Shown here: positions 28,591 to 43,895 of the stretch, piece after piece
How the letters are laid out: every line of letters begins with the position of its first letter
Position numbering within the stretch: the stretch's first letter is position 1
Assembly: GCA_964016885.1 (NCBI GenBank)
Contig: OZ024743.1
Location: 64,666,001 to 64,730,000, forward strand
Source of the DNA: Eledone cirrhosa
Taxonomy: Eukaryota
DNA: 64,000 bases
Reading direction: 5' to 3'
Made by a program: the position numbers and the translations under genes
Notes under the pieces: model-generated
What the model was told of the DNA's origin: nothing
The model's input: the letters and a program-made list of their open reading frames with translations, nothing else
The model's database searches: none

Positions 28591-28884
28591 TAATTATTAT
28601 TATTATTATTATATATATGTGTGTATGTGTGTGTGTGTGTTTATACACACACACACATATAATAAATATATAGACATATAATATATATGTGTGGGGGTGG
28701 GGAGTGTGTGTGCATGTGTATGTTTAGTGTTATGCCCCTGTGTATGTGGGATGTGGGGTTATGGGGGAGTGAAAGAGGTCAGGACAGGAAAGACTGTTTA
28801 GTTAAGGTAAGAGTAAATTTACAAGACAACGGGAAGAGATAAAAGCGCCACCTAGTGAGGAACATGTAATGGTATCATAGACTA

Positions 28885-29074
28885 AAACACAGATACACAC
28901 AGACAGACAGAGACACACAGATACACACAGACACACACACACATACACACACACACACAGATATACACACATACACAAATACACACACAGACACACACAC
29001 AGATATAGACACATACACAAGTACACACAGACACAAACACACACATACACAGATACACACACAGACAGACACAG

Positions 29075-29113
<39 letters not shown>

Positions 29114-30126
29114 CACATACATACAGACACAGAAACACGCTCGCAGATACACACACAGACACACACAGAGATACCTACACACACCATAGATACCTACACA
29201 CACATATAGATACACACACACAGATACCTACACACACACATACAGATACCTACACACACATATAGATACACACACACAGATACCTACACACACACATACA
29301 GATACCTACACACACATATAGATACACACACACAGATACCTACACATACACAGATACCTACACACACACATACAGATACCTACTCCCACACATAGATACA
29401 CACACACACACACATAGATACCTACACACACACATAGATACACACACACACACATACGCACACACACAGATACCTACACACACACATAGATACACACACA
29501 CACACAGAGATACCTACACACACACACACACACACACAGTAACCGTACACGATAAGAGGAAATGAAACCGGTCCAGCTAACTTACATATGTAGGTGGGGG
29601 GGGGGACTATGATTGAGAGGTAAAGAGAATAGAGAAATAGGATGGGGGTGCGGAATTGTTTATATATATATATGTGTGTGAGTGTGTGTGTGTGTGTATA
29701 CACATGATGTATGTGTATGTGTATGTGGTCATACATATATACAAAACACCACGCATGGATGTATATATGCATTTACATTCATACATATAATTACAATTAA
29801 CCCCACGGCGAACTCGTAATTAACTATATATGTATACACGTGTGTGTGTGTGTGTGGGTGTGCATGTGTGTTTATATATGTGTATTTGTGCGCGCGTGTG
29901 TATATGTGTGTGTGTGTGCATTTGTGTGTGTGGCTGAGCGTGTGCGTGTGTGTGTATTTGTGTGTGTGTCTGTGCGTGTGTATGTGCGTGTTTGTGTGTG
30001 TGTGTTTGTGCGTGCGTGTATTTGTGTGTGTGTCTGTGCGTGTGTATGTGTATGTTTGTGTGTGTGTGTGTGTGTTTGTGTGTGTTTGTGCGTGTGTGTA
30101 TTTGTGTGTGTGTCTGTGCGTGTGTA

Positions 30127-30187
<61 letters not shown>

Positions 30188-30491
30188 ACGCATGCTTGCA
30201 GACATACACCGTTACTAATACAAACACCATCGCCACACATATTCTACTACAAATACATAACATCACTACTTCACACCAACACCCCTCCACATACACACAT
30301 ACATACAAAAGCTGTCCCACACACTAAAGCTGCCACACATCATGTATCTCACATACACACATATACACAATCACTGTCACACACAATCACACACACCAAC
30401 ACCCCACTACACACACATATACACACACTAAAGCTGCCACACACTATTTATCTCACACGTACATACACATACACAATCACCATTAGACATA

Positions 30492-30549
<58 letters not shown>

Positions 30550-30560
30550 CGTACACACCC
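28885..30560. repeat. Compound (CA)/(GT)/(TA) microsatellite region
   Basis: Direct inspection. Confidence 0.9.
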
Positions 30561-31009
30561 TCTGTCATTCATCATATACCATTACTACTGTTGCCACTTA
30601 TCCCTATACTACACACTCCACCACAACAAACACCACTCCGCCACCATTTGTAGATTCAGGTCCTTCACCAGAGCGATGGTGGAGGCACTGGGGGTCGCTG
30701 CTCCTCCCCCTACTGTTCAAAGTTTCACCCTCGGGTATAGAAAATAGAATTAATAAAAATGTAACCAAAAAGACGTCTCTAAATATGTTTCCTTCTGAAT
30801 TAGATACCCCTAAACCTAACCCCACCCAGAATGTTCTGATACCCACCCTACCCCACCCCACCCCTGGGTACCAAAACCTAACAACTGACCAGTATGACAA
30901 CATTACAGATAATACAACTCCACCGCCATCATTCCTACACAACTCCTCCACCATTAGCACACAACTTCGCCACCATTAGGACACAACACCATCTCCACAA
31001 GTAACACAA

Positions 31010-31690
31010 TACCACCACCATTAACACACAACACCACCACCATTAACACAACACCACCATTAACACACAACACCACCACCATTAACACAACACCACCATT
31101 AACACAACACCACCATTAACACAACACCACCATTAACACACAACACCACCACCATTAACACAACACCACCACCATTAACACAACACCACCATTAACACAC
31201 AACACCACCACCATTAACACAACACCACCATTAACACAACACCACCATTAACACACAACACCACCACCATTAACACAACACCACCACCATTAACACAACA
31301 CCACCATTAACACACAACACCACCACCATTAACACACAACACCACCACCATTAACACAACACCACCACCATTAACACACAAGACCACCACCATTAACACA
31401 ACACCACCATTAACACACAACACCACCACCATTAACACAACACCACCATTAACACAACACCACCATTAACACACAACACCACCACCATTAATACAACACC
31501 ACCATTAACACACAACATCACCACCATTAACACAACACCACCATTAACACACAACACCACCACCATTACCACAACACCACCATTAACACAACACCAGCAT
31601 TAACACAACACCACCATTAACACACAACACCACCACCATTACCACAACACCACCATTAACACAACACCACCATTAACACAACACCACCAT
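31010..31690. repeat. Minisatellite (AACACAACACCACCATT)n, 17-22-bp variants
   Basis: Direct inspection. Confidence 0.92.
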
Positions 31691-31959
31691 CATTTACATA
31701 TGACACCACAACCACCACCACACGACGTCCTTACCACAACAGCACAACACTGACGGCACCACCACCATCACTAACAACACATCTCCGCCACAATTAGCAC
31801 ACCACCATTAACACACAACACCACCATTAACACACAACACCACCATTAACACACAACACCACATCCGCTACCACACAACGCCCTCACCACTACAATACAA
31901 CATTGAGACCACAAACACTAATACCACCACTAACAGCACATAGCAACACAACCAACACC

Positions 31960-32510
31960 ACACAACTCCGTCACCACAACCACCACCACCACCACCACCA
32001 CCACCACCTCCAACGAACCACTGTCTCCGCCATCACACATCACCACCACCACCACCACCACAGCTCCATCACCTCCAACAAACCACTGTCTCCGCCATCA
32101 CACATCACCACCACCACCACCACCACCACCACCACCTCCAACGAACCACTGTCTCCGCCATCACACATCACCACCACCACCACCACTACCACCTCCACCT
32201 CCAACGAACCACTGTCTCCGCCATCACACATCACCACCACCACCACCTCCACCTCCAACGAACCACTGTCTCCGCCATCACGCAACACCACCACCACCAC
32301 CACCACCACCACCTCCAACGAACCACTGTCTCCGCCATCACACACCACCACCACCACCACCAACACTACCACCACCACCACCACCAACACTACCACCACC
32401 ACCACCTCCACAGCTCCATCACCTCCAACGAGCCACTGTCTCCGCCACCACCACCACTACAGCTCCATCACCTCTAACGAACCACAGTCTCCCCCATCAC
32501 ACATCACCTC
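31960..32510. repeat. ~60-bp minisatellite ACCTCCAACGAACCACTGTCTCCGCCATCAC..(ACC)n
   Basis: Direct inspection. Confidence 0.85.
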
Positions 32511-33330
32511 CCTAAACTACAACATCCTACAGTAAGTAAATTAACTGCGATATTGATCCCTCAGTTGACAGAATCCTTATCTGATTGTTTCTAACAATTA
32601 CGTCTAAATGGTGTTAGGATCAAATGTACTTCCGGTAGAGAAATAAAAGGGCAAAGGGAGATAAATAAATACAAACAAAATGGCCGACTTGAAATTCATT
32701 CTTAACAGTCTGGGCTGTCTAAAGTAACGATTGATATCACGATTAGCAATAGGAACGCTACCGTTTATTTGCCTTTCTCTTTAAAGCCTTTATGTCAACG
32801 CCCACGTTTATATCTAATATATACAAACACTTGCTCATGTATACACACTCACTCACGTACACATACACACTCTCACTCATGTATACACACACACTCATGT
32901 ATATACACACACTCGCTCATGTATACACACACACTCGTCATGTATACACACACACTCAATCGTGTATACACACACACACTCATGTATACATACACATACA
33001 TACATTATATGTATATAAATGTTTGTGTGTGAGGGGGTATGTGTGTATATACAAGCGTTGTCCATATATATCCATATATATATATATATATATAGTGAAA
33101 GAGTGAAGAATAACATGGTCAACGGTACAAAAAGGGTTTTATTTGTTTCATTGATTAAGTTGTCTTAAAATTGCTAATCACTTGAAGTTGTGTCACTCAA
33201 TTTTAAATACAATGTATGCTTAACCAAATCATCAGAAAAACTGATTAAAATTATACACGGCGTGTGTAATATACTCGGGAAATTCAAATCACAACATCAT
33301 ATATATATATATATATATAAATATATATAG

Positions 33331-33517
33331 TAATTGTTTCTACTTTAGGCACAAGGCCAGCAATTACCCAGTGCATTACTGGTACTTTATTTTATCGACC
33401 CCGTAAGGATGAAAGGCAAAGTCAACCTCGGCGGGATTTGAACTCAGATCATAAAGGGACGTAACTATGCTGGAAAGCATGGCGTCCGACCCTCTACCGA
33501 TACTGCCAATCTACCGC
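33331..33517 (-). mobile_element. SINE family A, near full length
   Basis: Family consensus with head and tail. Confidence 0.85.
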
Positions 33518-33704
33518 TATATAAATATATATAGTAATAATAATAACTTTGAAGACTAAAATCCAAAGAGGGCTCGATAAGGATAAATATATATCAAATA
33601 TATAAGAACCGTAGAGCAAATATTTATTAATATATATATATATATATATATTATATATAGTGACGAAACATAAGTCAATTGCATGAACTCATAATCCTTT
33701 ATTT

Positions 33705-33760
33705 ACTGCTATATATTTTTTGATGATAGCCATTGAATGGCTATGACCTCATCAGGCAGT
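33705..33760 (-). ncRNA. Degenerate minimal hammerhead in PLE-type end; sister copy 51968-52023
   Basis: ACTGC CTGATGA GGTCATAGCCA..TGGCTATCATC (G)AAA TATA TA GCAGT; GAAA is mutated here and intact at 51.98 kb. Confidence 0.55.
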
Positions 33761-34033
33761 TAGTCAGTTCTTAGATATGCCAGCTCTGTGTGTATAGTGT
33801 TGATAGTATCAGAGCCTTGGGACATATGAGGTTGTTAGGAATACTTTGATGTTGTCAGCAGGAATGGTCTTGATTCTCATTGGTCAGTTTGTAGATGGTA
33901 GTAGGTTAGTATTTGACCTCAAAGAGGCAGGTGGTTCTGTGAGGTTCAAACCGTCAGGCAAGATGACAATAGTTCCACAATATTGAAAGAGTGAAGGATA
34001 ACATGGTCAACGGTACAAAAAGGGTTTTATTTA

Positions 34034-34146
34034 CAGTATTAACAATTGTTTCATTGATTAAGTTGTCTAAAAATTGCTAATCACTTGAAGTTGTGTCACT
34101 CAATTTTAAATACAATGTATGCTTAACCAAATCATCAGAAAAACTG
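34034..34146 (-). ncRNA. Type I hammerhead with long stem II; copy at 33140-33245 lacks the cleavage site
   Basis: CAGTTTTT CTGATGA TTTGGTTAAG..CTTAATCAAT GAAA CAATTG TT AATACTG. Confidence 0.65.
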
Positions 34147-34218
<72 letters not shown>

Positions 34219-34237
34219 TATATATATATATATATAA

Positions 34238-35860
34238 TATGGTGGCTGCCAACTCGTTTTCGAGTACGGCCACTACTTTATATCCATGTAGGAGAACCCC
34301 TACCGATGCGCTGAACGAGTGTGACTTTTTAGTCCAGCCAGCGACTTGAAAACTCTGGTACAAACACTACACCTGTGACAATTATTGACACACAGTGCTG
34401 GGCCCATGGTAACATGTGATGACAAGTGCAGAGAGATCTCCAGATATAAAGCAATGCCTGTGCCGTGAAGCTTTTATAGTGAGCAAAGGCATTGCACAAA
34501 GCCAGTCCCACTCTCTTAACCAAGATGATATTTACCAAAAAGAAGAACAAGTCAACATCATTGGATACCATCAGGGTTGCAGGTGTTATATCAGAGTTTT
34601 CCTTCTCCTAGAATTCTGCCTTGACAAAGGCTAAGGGGTCATCTCTCCCGGTGATTTTGGAAGGCCATTGACTCTTAAGAGCTCCTTTGCCCTTTGACAG
34701 GTTTTGTTTTTAGTCCTGCAGGATGTCCAAAGTCACCCTCCTCACCAAGAAACCTTGGTGGGGTTGCCAGTTTAGTCGCCAACGACCCGACCATGAGACA
34801 GGTTGTACTGGGATACATGTTACCAGTAGCACCAACTGGTGACCTGACACATATATAATATAGATGCGTACATACACACATACATACACTCACACATACA
34901 TAGTAGAAATGGCTCGCCGTCGGTTACGACGACGAGTATTACTGTTGATATGATCTACAGAACCACCTGCTCGTGACATTAATGGCCATGTGGCTGAGCA
35001 TTCCACAAACACGTGAACCTTTAACGTAGTTCTCAGGGAGATTCAGCGTGACACAGAACGTGACAAAGTTGGCCCTTCGAATTACAGGTACAACTCATTT
35101 ATGCCAGCTGAGTGGACTGGAGCAACGTGAAATAAAGTGTCTTACTCAAGGACACAGCACGCCGTCGGGAATGGAACTCACGGCCTTACGATCGTGAGCT
35201 GAATACTCTAACCACAAAGACATGCGCCTTAGCTACATACATACATACATACATACATACATACATACATACATACATACATACATACATACATACATAC
35301 ATACATACATACATACATACATGGTGGCTGCCAACTCGTTTTCGAGTACGGCCACTACTTTATATCCATCTAGGAGAACCCCTACCGATGCGCTAAACAA
35401 GTGTGACTTTTTAGTCCAGCCAGCGACTTGAAAACTCTGGTACAAACACTACACCTGTGACAATTATTGACACATAGTGCTGGGCACATGGCACCATATG
35501 ACGACAAAAAGAAGAACAAGTCAACATCATTGGATACCATCAGGGTTGCAGGTATTATATCAGAGTTTTCCTTCTCCTAGAATTCTGCCCTGACAAAGGC
35601 TAAGGGGTCATCTCTCCCGGTGATTTTGGATGGCCATTGGCTCTTAAGAGCTCCTTTGACAGGTTTTGTTTTTAGTCCTGCAGGATGTCCAAAGTCACCC
35701 TCCTCACCAAGAAACCTTGGTGGGTTGCCAGTTTAGTCGCGTATATATATATACATATACATACATACATACATACATATATACATACATACGTTGCCAG
35801 TTTAGTCGCGTATATATATATATATATATACATACATACATACATACATACATACATACA

Positions 35861-35894
<34 letters not shown>

Positions 35895-36135
35895 CATACA
35901 TACATATATATATATATATACATACATACATACATACACATATATATACATACATATATATATATACAAACATACACATATATATATACATATATGCATA
36001 TACATACATATATATACATACATACATACATATATATATATGTACATACATATATATATATACATACATACATATATACATATACATACATATATATATA
36101 TATACATACTAATATACATATACATATATATATAT

Positions 36136-36166
<31 letters not shown>

Positions 36167-36359
36167 CATACATATATACATATATATACATACATATACA
36201 CATACATACATATACACATATATATACATATATATATATATATATACATATATACATATATATACATATATACATACACATACATACACACATACATATA
36301 TATATATATATACATATACATACATATATATACATATATACATATATACATATATATAC

Positions 36360-36405
<46 letters not shown>

Positions 36406-38227
36406 ACATATATACACATATACACATACATATACACATACATATATACACATATACACATATACACATATATACACATATACATACATATATATACATA
36501 CACACATATATATATACATATATATACACATACATATACACATATATACATATACATATATATATACATATATACACACATACATATATATACACATATA
36601 CATATATATATATATACACATATACATATACATATATATACATATACATATATACACATACACACATATACACATACATACATATACATATACATACATA
36701 CATACATATATATACATACATATATACATATACATACATATATACATATACATACATATACACATATACATACATATACATACATATATATATATATACA
36801 TATATACATATATATACATACATATACATACATATATATATACATATACATACATACATACGTACACATACATATATATATATACATACATATATACACA
36901 TACATATACATATATACACATATATATATACATATATATATATATATACATATATATATACATACATATACATATATACATACATATACACATATACATA
37001 TATATATATATATATATATACATACATATACACATATACATATATATACATATACATATATATATATACATATATATGGTGGCTGCCAACTCGTTTTCGA
37101 GTACGGCCACTACTTTATATCCATGTAGGAGAACCCCTACCGATGCGCTGAACGAGTGTGACTTTTTAGTCCAGCCAGCGACTTGAAAACTCTGGCACAA
37201 ACACCCCACTTGTGACCATTATTGACATATAGTGCTGGGCCCATGGTACATGTGATGACAAGTGCAGAGATATCTCCAGATATAAAGCAATGCCTGTGCC
37301 GTGAAGCTTTTATAGTGAGCAAAGGCACTGCACAAAGCCAGTCCCACTCTCTTAACCAAGATGATATTTACCAAAAAGAAGAACTAGTCAACATCATTGG
37401 ATACCATCAGGGTTGCAGGTGTTATATCAGAGTTTTCCTTCTCCTAGAATTCTGCCTTGACAAAGGCTAAGGGGTCATCTCTCCCTGTGATTTTGGATGG
37501 CCATTGACTCTTAAGAGCTCCTTTGCCTTTTGACATGTCTTGTTTTTAGTCCTGCAGGATGTCCAAAGTCACCCTCCTCACCAAGAAACCTTGGTGGGGT
37601 TGCCAGTTTAGTCGCCAACGACCCGACCATGAGACAGGTTGTACTGGGATACATGTTACCAGTAGCACCAACTGGTGACCAACTGGTGACCTGACATACA
37701 TACATACATACATACATACATACATACATACATACATACATACATACATACATACATACATACATACATACATACATGGTGGCTGCCAACTCGTTTTCGA
37801 GTACGGCCACTACTTTATATCCATGTAGGAGAACCCCTACCGATGCGCTGAACGGGTGTGACTTTTTAGTCCAGCCAGCGACTTGAAAACTCTGGTACAA
37901 ACACTACACTTGTGACAATTATTGACACACAGTGCTGGTACCATGTGACGACAAGTGCAGAGAGATCTCCAGATATAAAGCAATGCCTGTGCCGTGAAGC
38001 TTTTATAGTGAGCAAAGGCACTGCACAAAGCCAGTCCCACTCTCTTAACCGAGATGATATTTACCAAAAAGAAGAACAAGTCAACATCATTGGATACCAT
38101 CAGGGTTGCAGGTGTTATATCAGAGTTTTCCTTCTCCTAAAATTCTGCCTTGACAAAGGCTAAGGGGTCATCTCTCCCGGATATACATACATACATACAT
38201 ACATACATACATACATACATACATACA

Positions 38228-38259
<32 letters not shown>

Positions 38260-38870
38260 CATGGTGGCTGCCAACTCGTTTTCGAGTACGGCCAATATTT
38301 TTTATCCATCTAGGAGAACCCCTACCGATGTGCTGAACGAATATGACTTTTTAGTTCAGCCAGCGACTTGAAAACTCTGGTACAAACACTACACTTGTGA
38401 CAATTATTGACACATAGTGCTGGGCCCATGGTACCATGTAACGACAAGTGCAGAAAGATCTCCAGATATAAAGCAATGCCTGTGCCGTGAAGCTTTTATA
38501 GTGAGCAAAGGCACTGCACAAAGCCAGTCCCACTCTCTTAACCAAGATGATATTTACCAAAAAGAAGAACAAGTCAACATCATTGGATACCATCAGGGTT
38601 GCAGGTGTTATATCAGAGTTTTCCTTCTCCTAGAATTCTGCCTTGACAAAGGCTAAGGGGTCATCTCTCCCGGTGATTTTGGATGGCCATTGACTCTTAA
38701 GAGCTCCTTTGCCCTGTGACAGGTTTTGTTTTTAGTCCTGCAGGATGTCCAAAGTCACCCTCCTCACCAAGAAACCTTGGTGGGGTTGCCAGTTTAGTCG
38801 CCAACGACCCGACCATGAGACAGGTTGTACTGGGATACATGTTACCACTAGCACCAACTGGTGACCTGAC
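34238..38870 (-). mobile_element. Cluster of five ~400-620-bp non-autonomous RTE-derived elements separated by (TACA)/(TA) microsatellites
   Basis: Copies at 34238-34849, 35321-35740, 37076-37696, 37776-38180, 38261-38870; encode [17 protein letters not shown] and end GGCCGTACTCGAAAACGAGTTGGCAGCCACCAT, like the RTE 3' end at 11805-11840. Confidence 0.85.
34908..35228 (-). mobile_element. tRNA/CORE-like SINE, near full length
   Basis: GGCGCATG..GTGGTTAG..GTGAGTTCCATTCC..TGTGTCCTTGAGTAAGACACTTTATTTCACGTTGCTCCAG. Confidence 0.8.
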
Positions 38871-38948
38871 ATACATACATACATACATACATACATACAT
38901 ACATACATACATACATACATACATACAACATACATACATACATACATA

Positions 38949-40003
38949 GTAACACTGAAGCAACACCTTCAACAGAGAAAAAAGGTTGGCGACCATCTTG
39001 CTCAGGTTTATGAGCATGAAAAAAGAAATATCATTAGAATAGCGACTGATCTGGAGGAGAGATATGGAATAAAGCCTGATATAAATCTCTCACCCAGAGA
39101 AATCGGAAGATCCTATTCAATGTTCAAACAAGAAAAAAAAATTGACCAATTTACAGAGAAAGTTGTGCATGGATACTTGAGGCGTAAAACACAGACCATA
39201 GAGGGGATAAACCACTCAAAAAGCCTGGCATGTAGTTCCGACAAGTTTATGACATCACACCTTGAAGGATATCTCTATGCAATACAGGAACAAGAACTCC
39301 CTACCAAATATCTGCTGCACAAAAGAGGAGGGCCAGCAGCTGACAATAAATGTAGGCTATGTAAAACAAAGATCGAGGATGTAAGCCACATTGTTGCCAG
39401 CTGCGAAAGAATGTCATCTCGCTACTACCTCCCCATGAGACATATGGGATAGCTAGAACTATCTGGAACGCACTTCGGAAAACAAAATTAACAACAAACG
39501 AGGAAGAATATATTGAGACAGATGGCACTAAGGAATACTGGTGGAACCTGAAAATAAAAACTGCCACCAAATTAAAGCACAACCGGCCTGATATTGTAGT
39601 TTGGGACCACACATTGAAAACGTGTTCTGTTGTGGAGATCAGCTGCCCACTTGATGTAAACGTTGTCAGAAAAATACAGGAGAAGGAGGACATCTACGGA
39701 CCATTGATGAGGAGCTTACAAATCCAGTATCCAAGATACACCTTTAGCTTCATACCCATCATTATTGGTGCTACGGGTTATATACCAACCCGCTTGGACC
39801 AAAGTATGACCGAACTTGGATTTGCGGACAAAAAGCGCAGCTCCCTAATTCATAGTCTACAAATGGCTGCGATAGCTGGCACCTTCAAAATATGCAAAAC
39901 ATTCTTGCGATTCAAGGGATGACAATTTCTTTTCTTTTACAACCTTGCCACCAGGAAGGTGGCCGGTCAAAAAAATATACTCGAAATTAAGAGAAAGAGA
40001 AAA
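38949..40003 (+). mobile_element. 5'-truncated RLE-type non-LTR element with (TACA)n tail
   Basis: AIQEQE..CRLC..EDVSHIVASC..RH; HNRPDIVVWD..VEISCPLD..KEDIY..IPIIIGATG. Confidence 0.85.
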
Positions 40004-40064
40004 CATACATACATACATACATACATACATACATACATACATACATACATACATACATACATAC

Positions 40065-40864
40065 TGCAGAACTAACATCGAGGATATCACCCATGCCATC
40101 AGCAGCTGTCCAAAGATGTCATCGCGGTACTATCTACCTATGTGGCATGATGTAGTGGCCAAAACACTGTACAATACAGTTCGTAAAAAAGATAGCCCCG
40201 ATAATAAACACATTAAAAGCTACAGCAATGTGGAAGACATCCATGTACATAATATGAAAGAGTACTTGTGGAATGTTCCAGTAAAAAAAAACAATAAAAT
40301 GCAGTCATAACAGACCAGATATTATGATATGGGACAGGGAGAAGAAAACATGCACAGTAGTGGAAATTAGCTGCCCAGCAGATGCCAATATAATATGAAA
40401 GATTAGTGAAAAGGAGAATATTTATGCAGAACTGATGAGAAATCTGAAGATACTCCACCCTGATTACACCTTCAGATTTATGCCTGTGATTATTGGGGCA
40501 CTGGGGTATGTTAGTAACTGCCTCAATACAAATCTTGAGAAGCTAGGTTTCACAGGAACAGAAAGAACACAACTAGTACAATCCATTAATGGAACAGTAA
40601 AAATATGTAAAACATTCCAAAATTATTGCATCTAATAACTGCATATACACATGTACAGATATAAAGCATATACACATGCATACATACAACTCAAAACATA
40701 CACATCCACGCATACAATAACATCCATATCTACACATGCATGCATACATACATATCTACCTAGTTGATGTTGTGTAAATTCCAATGAGAGAGTCTTGTGT
40801 CTATGTTAGAAACCGACTCTCTCTCTATTGGTAAAACTTTGTGAAATTATAAAACCAGAAGAAC
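40065..40864 (+). mobile_element. Second 5'-truncated RLE-type element of a related family, (TACA)n tail
   Basis: EDITHAISSC..YYLPMWHD; HNRPDIMIWD..VEISCP; FMPVIIGALG. Confidence 0.8.
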
Positions 40865-41361
40865 ATACATACATACATACATACATACATACATACATAC
40901 ATACTTACATACATGCATACATACATACACACATACACATACACATACGTACATGCCTAGTAAAGGATTCTGGGCGTATTTTCAGCACCCCGATAGGATG
41001 GAATATTTTCCGGTTGTGTATAAATTGGTCCCCTTCGTGGTCTCTGTTCACTCTGGTTTATCCGGTTTATTTTTAACCACTCGTGGCCGAATCTAAACTA
41101 TAATAAAGTAAGGAGTGCGGGACTGCATCCAGAATTTTTTTTTTATCCCGTTTGTAAAATAAGTTGGATTACTTTGAATAAATAATGAATGAATATTACA
41201 TAATTTATCTACTAAATTTCGTGGCTGTTCATTAAATATATTTTATCACTTATTTAAAGATTCACTTCTTTAAAATTTTCAAATGTCAACACTTCCGGTT
41301 AGCGATCGCTTAAATAAACATTCATATATTTCCGTCACTAATTTTCTCCTAATGCAGTTTA

Positions 41362-41643
41362 TCTATATATCTAAAACAGAGAATGTCTGTTTGTCTATCT
41401 GTCTGTCTGACTCCCTAAAACTCGAGAATCACCCAACCGATTGTTTTCAAACTTTACACATGTAATACTTATGGTCCTGTGAGTGTTTTGAGCAAAATAC
41501 ATTGCGCATTAGGCGATTTAGCGATCTCTCTCTATAATTCTTAATCTTTCTTTTTAGATAGATACATAGATATAACGTTGCGCCCTTATAATATCTGTCT
41601 GTATGTCTGGCTGTCTGCATTACGACATTATGACGTCGCTATA

Positions 41644-41693
<50 letters not shown>

Positions 41694-42100
41694 CAGCCTG
41701 GGTTTTGCCTTTTCATTCGTTCGGACAAAGGCTCGTTGAGGAAGTAAATTCCGGTCCGCTGGCTCCTAGAAGTCTTATATATTTTTATGTGAGCTGATAG
41801 AGGGCAGTTTAAGGATTTACAGAAACCCAAGAAGCTAGATTTGCCATCTTTCTAGCGGGTCCGGGTATGCTTTTTACATTCATTTGATTTATTGATTTAT
41901 TGATATTTTATCTGAGTGTCCCGGATCTTCCAGATCGCAATTTTTCGGTCGTACGGTTGATTATAGACTTGTTCTATGTGTGACGGTATTTTAACGATAG
42001 TTATAGCTCTGATTTATCTGAATTATTGAGCCCTCTGCCGCTCATTTCGAATTTTGTTTATCGTGAACTCGTGCGCCGATTTTTCGATACTCGATTATTC

Positions 42101-42176
<76 letters not shown>

Positions 42177-42689
42177 TAGCTGAGGTACCCAGCTTCGCCA
42201 AGGTTACCAAATGATAAGAGAAGACTGGCAGAAGAGAAAACGTCTGTAATGAATTTTTTTTTTTTTTTTTACAGTATGTGTGTGTGTGTGTACGTGTATG
42301 TTTGTGTATATATATATATATGTGTGTGTGAGTGTTCGTGTGTGTGTGTGTATATATATATATGTGTGTGTGTGTATATATATATGTGTGTGTGTGTGTG
42401 TGTGCCTGTGTAAGTGTGCGTGTGTGTGCGTGTGCGTGTGTGTGTAAACCACCGTTGGAATCGGAGACAGGACGCGAAACACGATCATCACTGACAACGA
42501 ACTCGCAGAGAGAATCCCTTATGGTTGATTCCCAACCTGCTAGAAATAGCAGTCAGGTTGGTTAGCATACGTGGTATGTCTTTCTTCTTCTTTGGTGTTA
42601 TAAAATTAAGCCGCCCGTGCTTTCGTGAAATAAATACGTTTGTTTATATTTTGTTTTTGTGTATGCAAAAATATCTGTACACGAATATA

Positions 42690-42735
<46 letters not shown>

Positions 42736-43396
42736 TAATGGATTAAAGTTTAAGCAAAGAATCGCTGCTTTCGCCCTTAACGGAATCTTCTGAAACTAAA
42801 AAAATCAATCTGTGAACACAGAAGTAAATATTTCGAAAGATTGCAACCGAAAGAAAACAGGAAGATGATACTTTGGTTCGTGAAGACGTTAGGAACGTCG
42901 TATAACCGGAAGTGTTGACATTTGAAAATTTTAAAGAAGTAAATATTTAAATAATGTCTTTAATCTTTTAACAAAATTCAGTAGACAAAATACCCTCACT
43001 TTCTTACTTGGAAAAAGTTACATCTATGGTGCAAATTTGATGCCGTTTGTTTGGTCTAGCCGCTTGGCGGAAAGTTTGTTACTTACATACGGCCGTCATC
43101 TTTATAGTATATTATATATAGTGTGTAACGTTTTTCGAAATATTTACTTCTGCGTTCACAGACTGATTTCTTTAGTTTCAGAAGATCCCGTTAAGGGTGA
43201 AAGCAGCGATTCTTTAATCTGTTATTTTAATATATATATATATATAATTATATATTCGTGTACAGATATTTTTGCATACACAATAACTAAATATAAACAA
43301 ACGTATTTATTTCACGAGGCTCGATAAGGATAAATATATATCAAATATATAAGAATCCTAGAGCAAATCCCGAGCAACGCCGGGCCATTCTGCTAG
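41362..43396 (+). mobile_element. Helitron-like termini enclosing a composite of nested repeats
   Basis: A^TCTATATATCTAAAAC..TGTCTGT at 41362; hairpin CCCGAGCAACGCCGGG then CTAG^T at 43396; another CTAG end on - strand at 42176. Pairing of these ends is uncertain. Confidence 0.5.
42623..43317. repeat. ~200-bp inverted repeat arms (42623-42838 / 43133-43317)
   Basis: TCGTGAAATAAATACGTTTG..GAAGTAAATATTTCGAAA and its reverse complement. Confidence 0.85.
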
Positions 43397-43895
43397 TATA
43401 TAATATAATCTTCTTTTGATGTATCATGGATCATGTTACTGATTACATAAGAGAGTTTAACGTTCAATTTCTGTGTATATTGTCAATTACGATGTTATTT
43501 GATGTATATCTACATACATATATACACTTGCGTATAATATCAATATGCACACTACACATGCTAGCAGAAAACCACCCAAAGGGTGTTTTTCTGCTAGTGT
43601 TCTTTAATGCAACGCTTCACATAGACCCCTTAATCGGATATCATACCATCCTAAGGTCATACTGTTAGGGAGACTTTAATGCTCCTTTAAAGTCTTGCTT
43701 GGCCAAAGGTCCCCTCGTTAATTAAGCTGTTAGCAAGAGGGATTGAAACACTTTGTTACTTCTTTCTTACGTTAGTGAGTTGCAACCAGTTGGGTAGCTA
43801 AAGGGTGTCTGTCATCCGTGGCAGCCCTTGGGTTTACCACCACCACATACTCAAATATATACAACAGACCCAAACATGCCGCCCCCATAAAAGTG

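Noticed and set aside
34238-38870. Repeat-spacer (CRISPR-like) array
   Set aside because: Repeats are ~600-bp retroposons and the spacers are simple microsatellites
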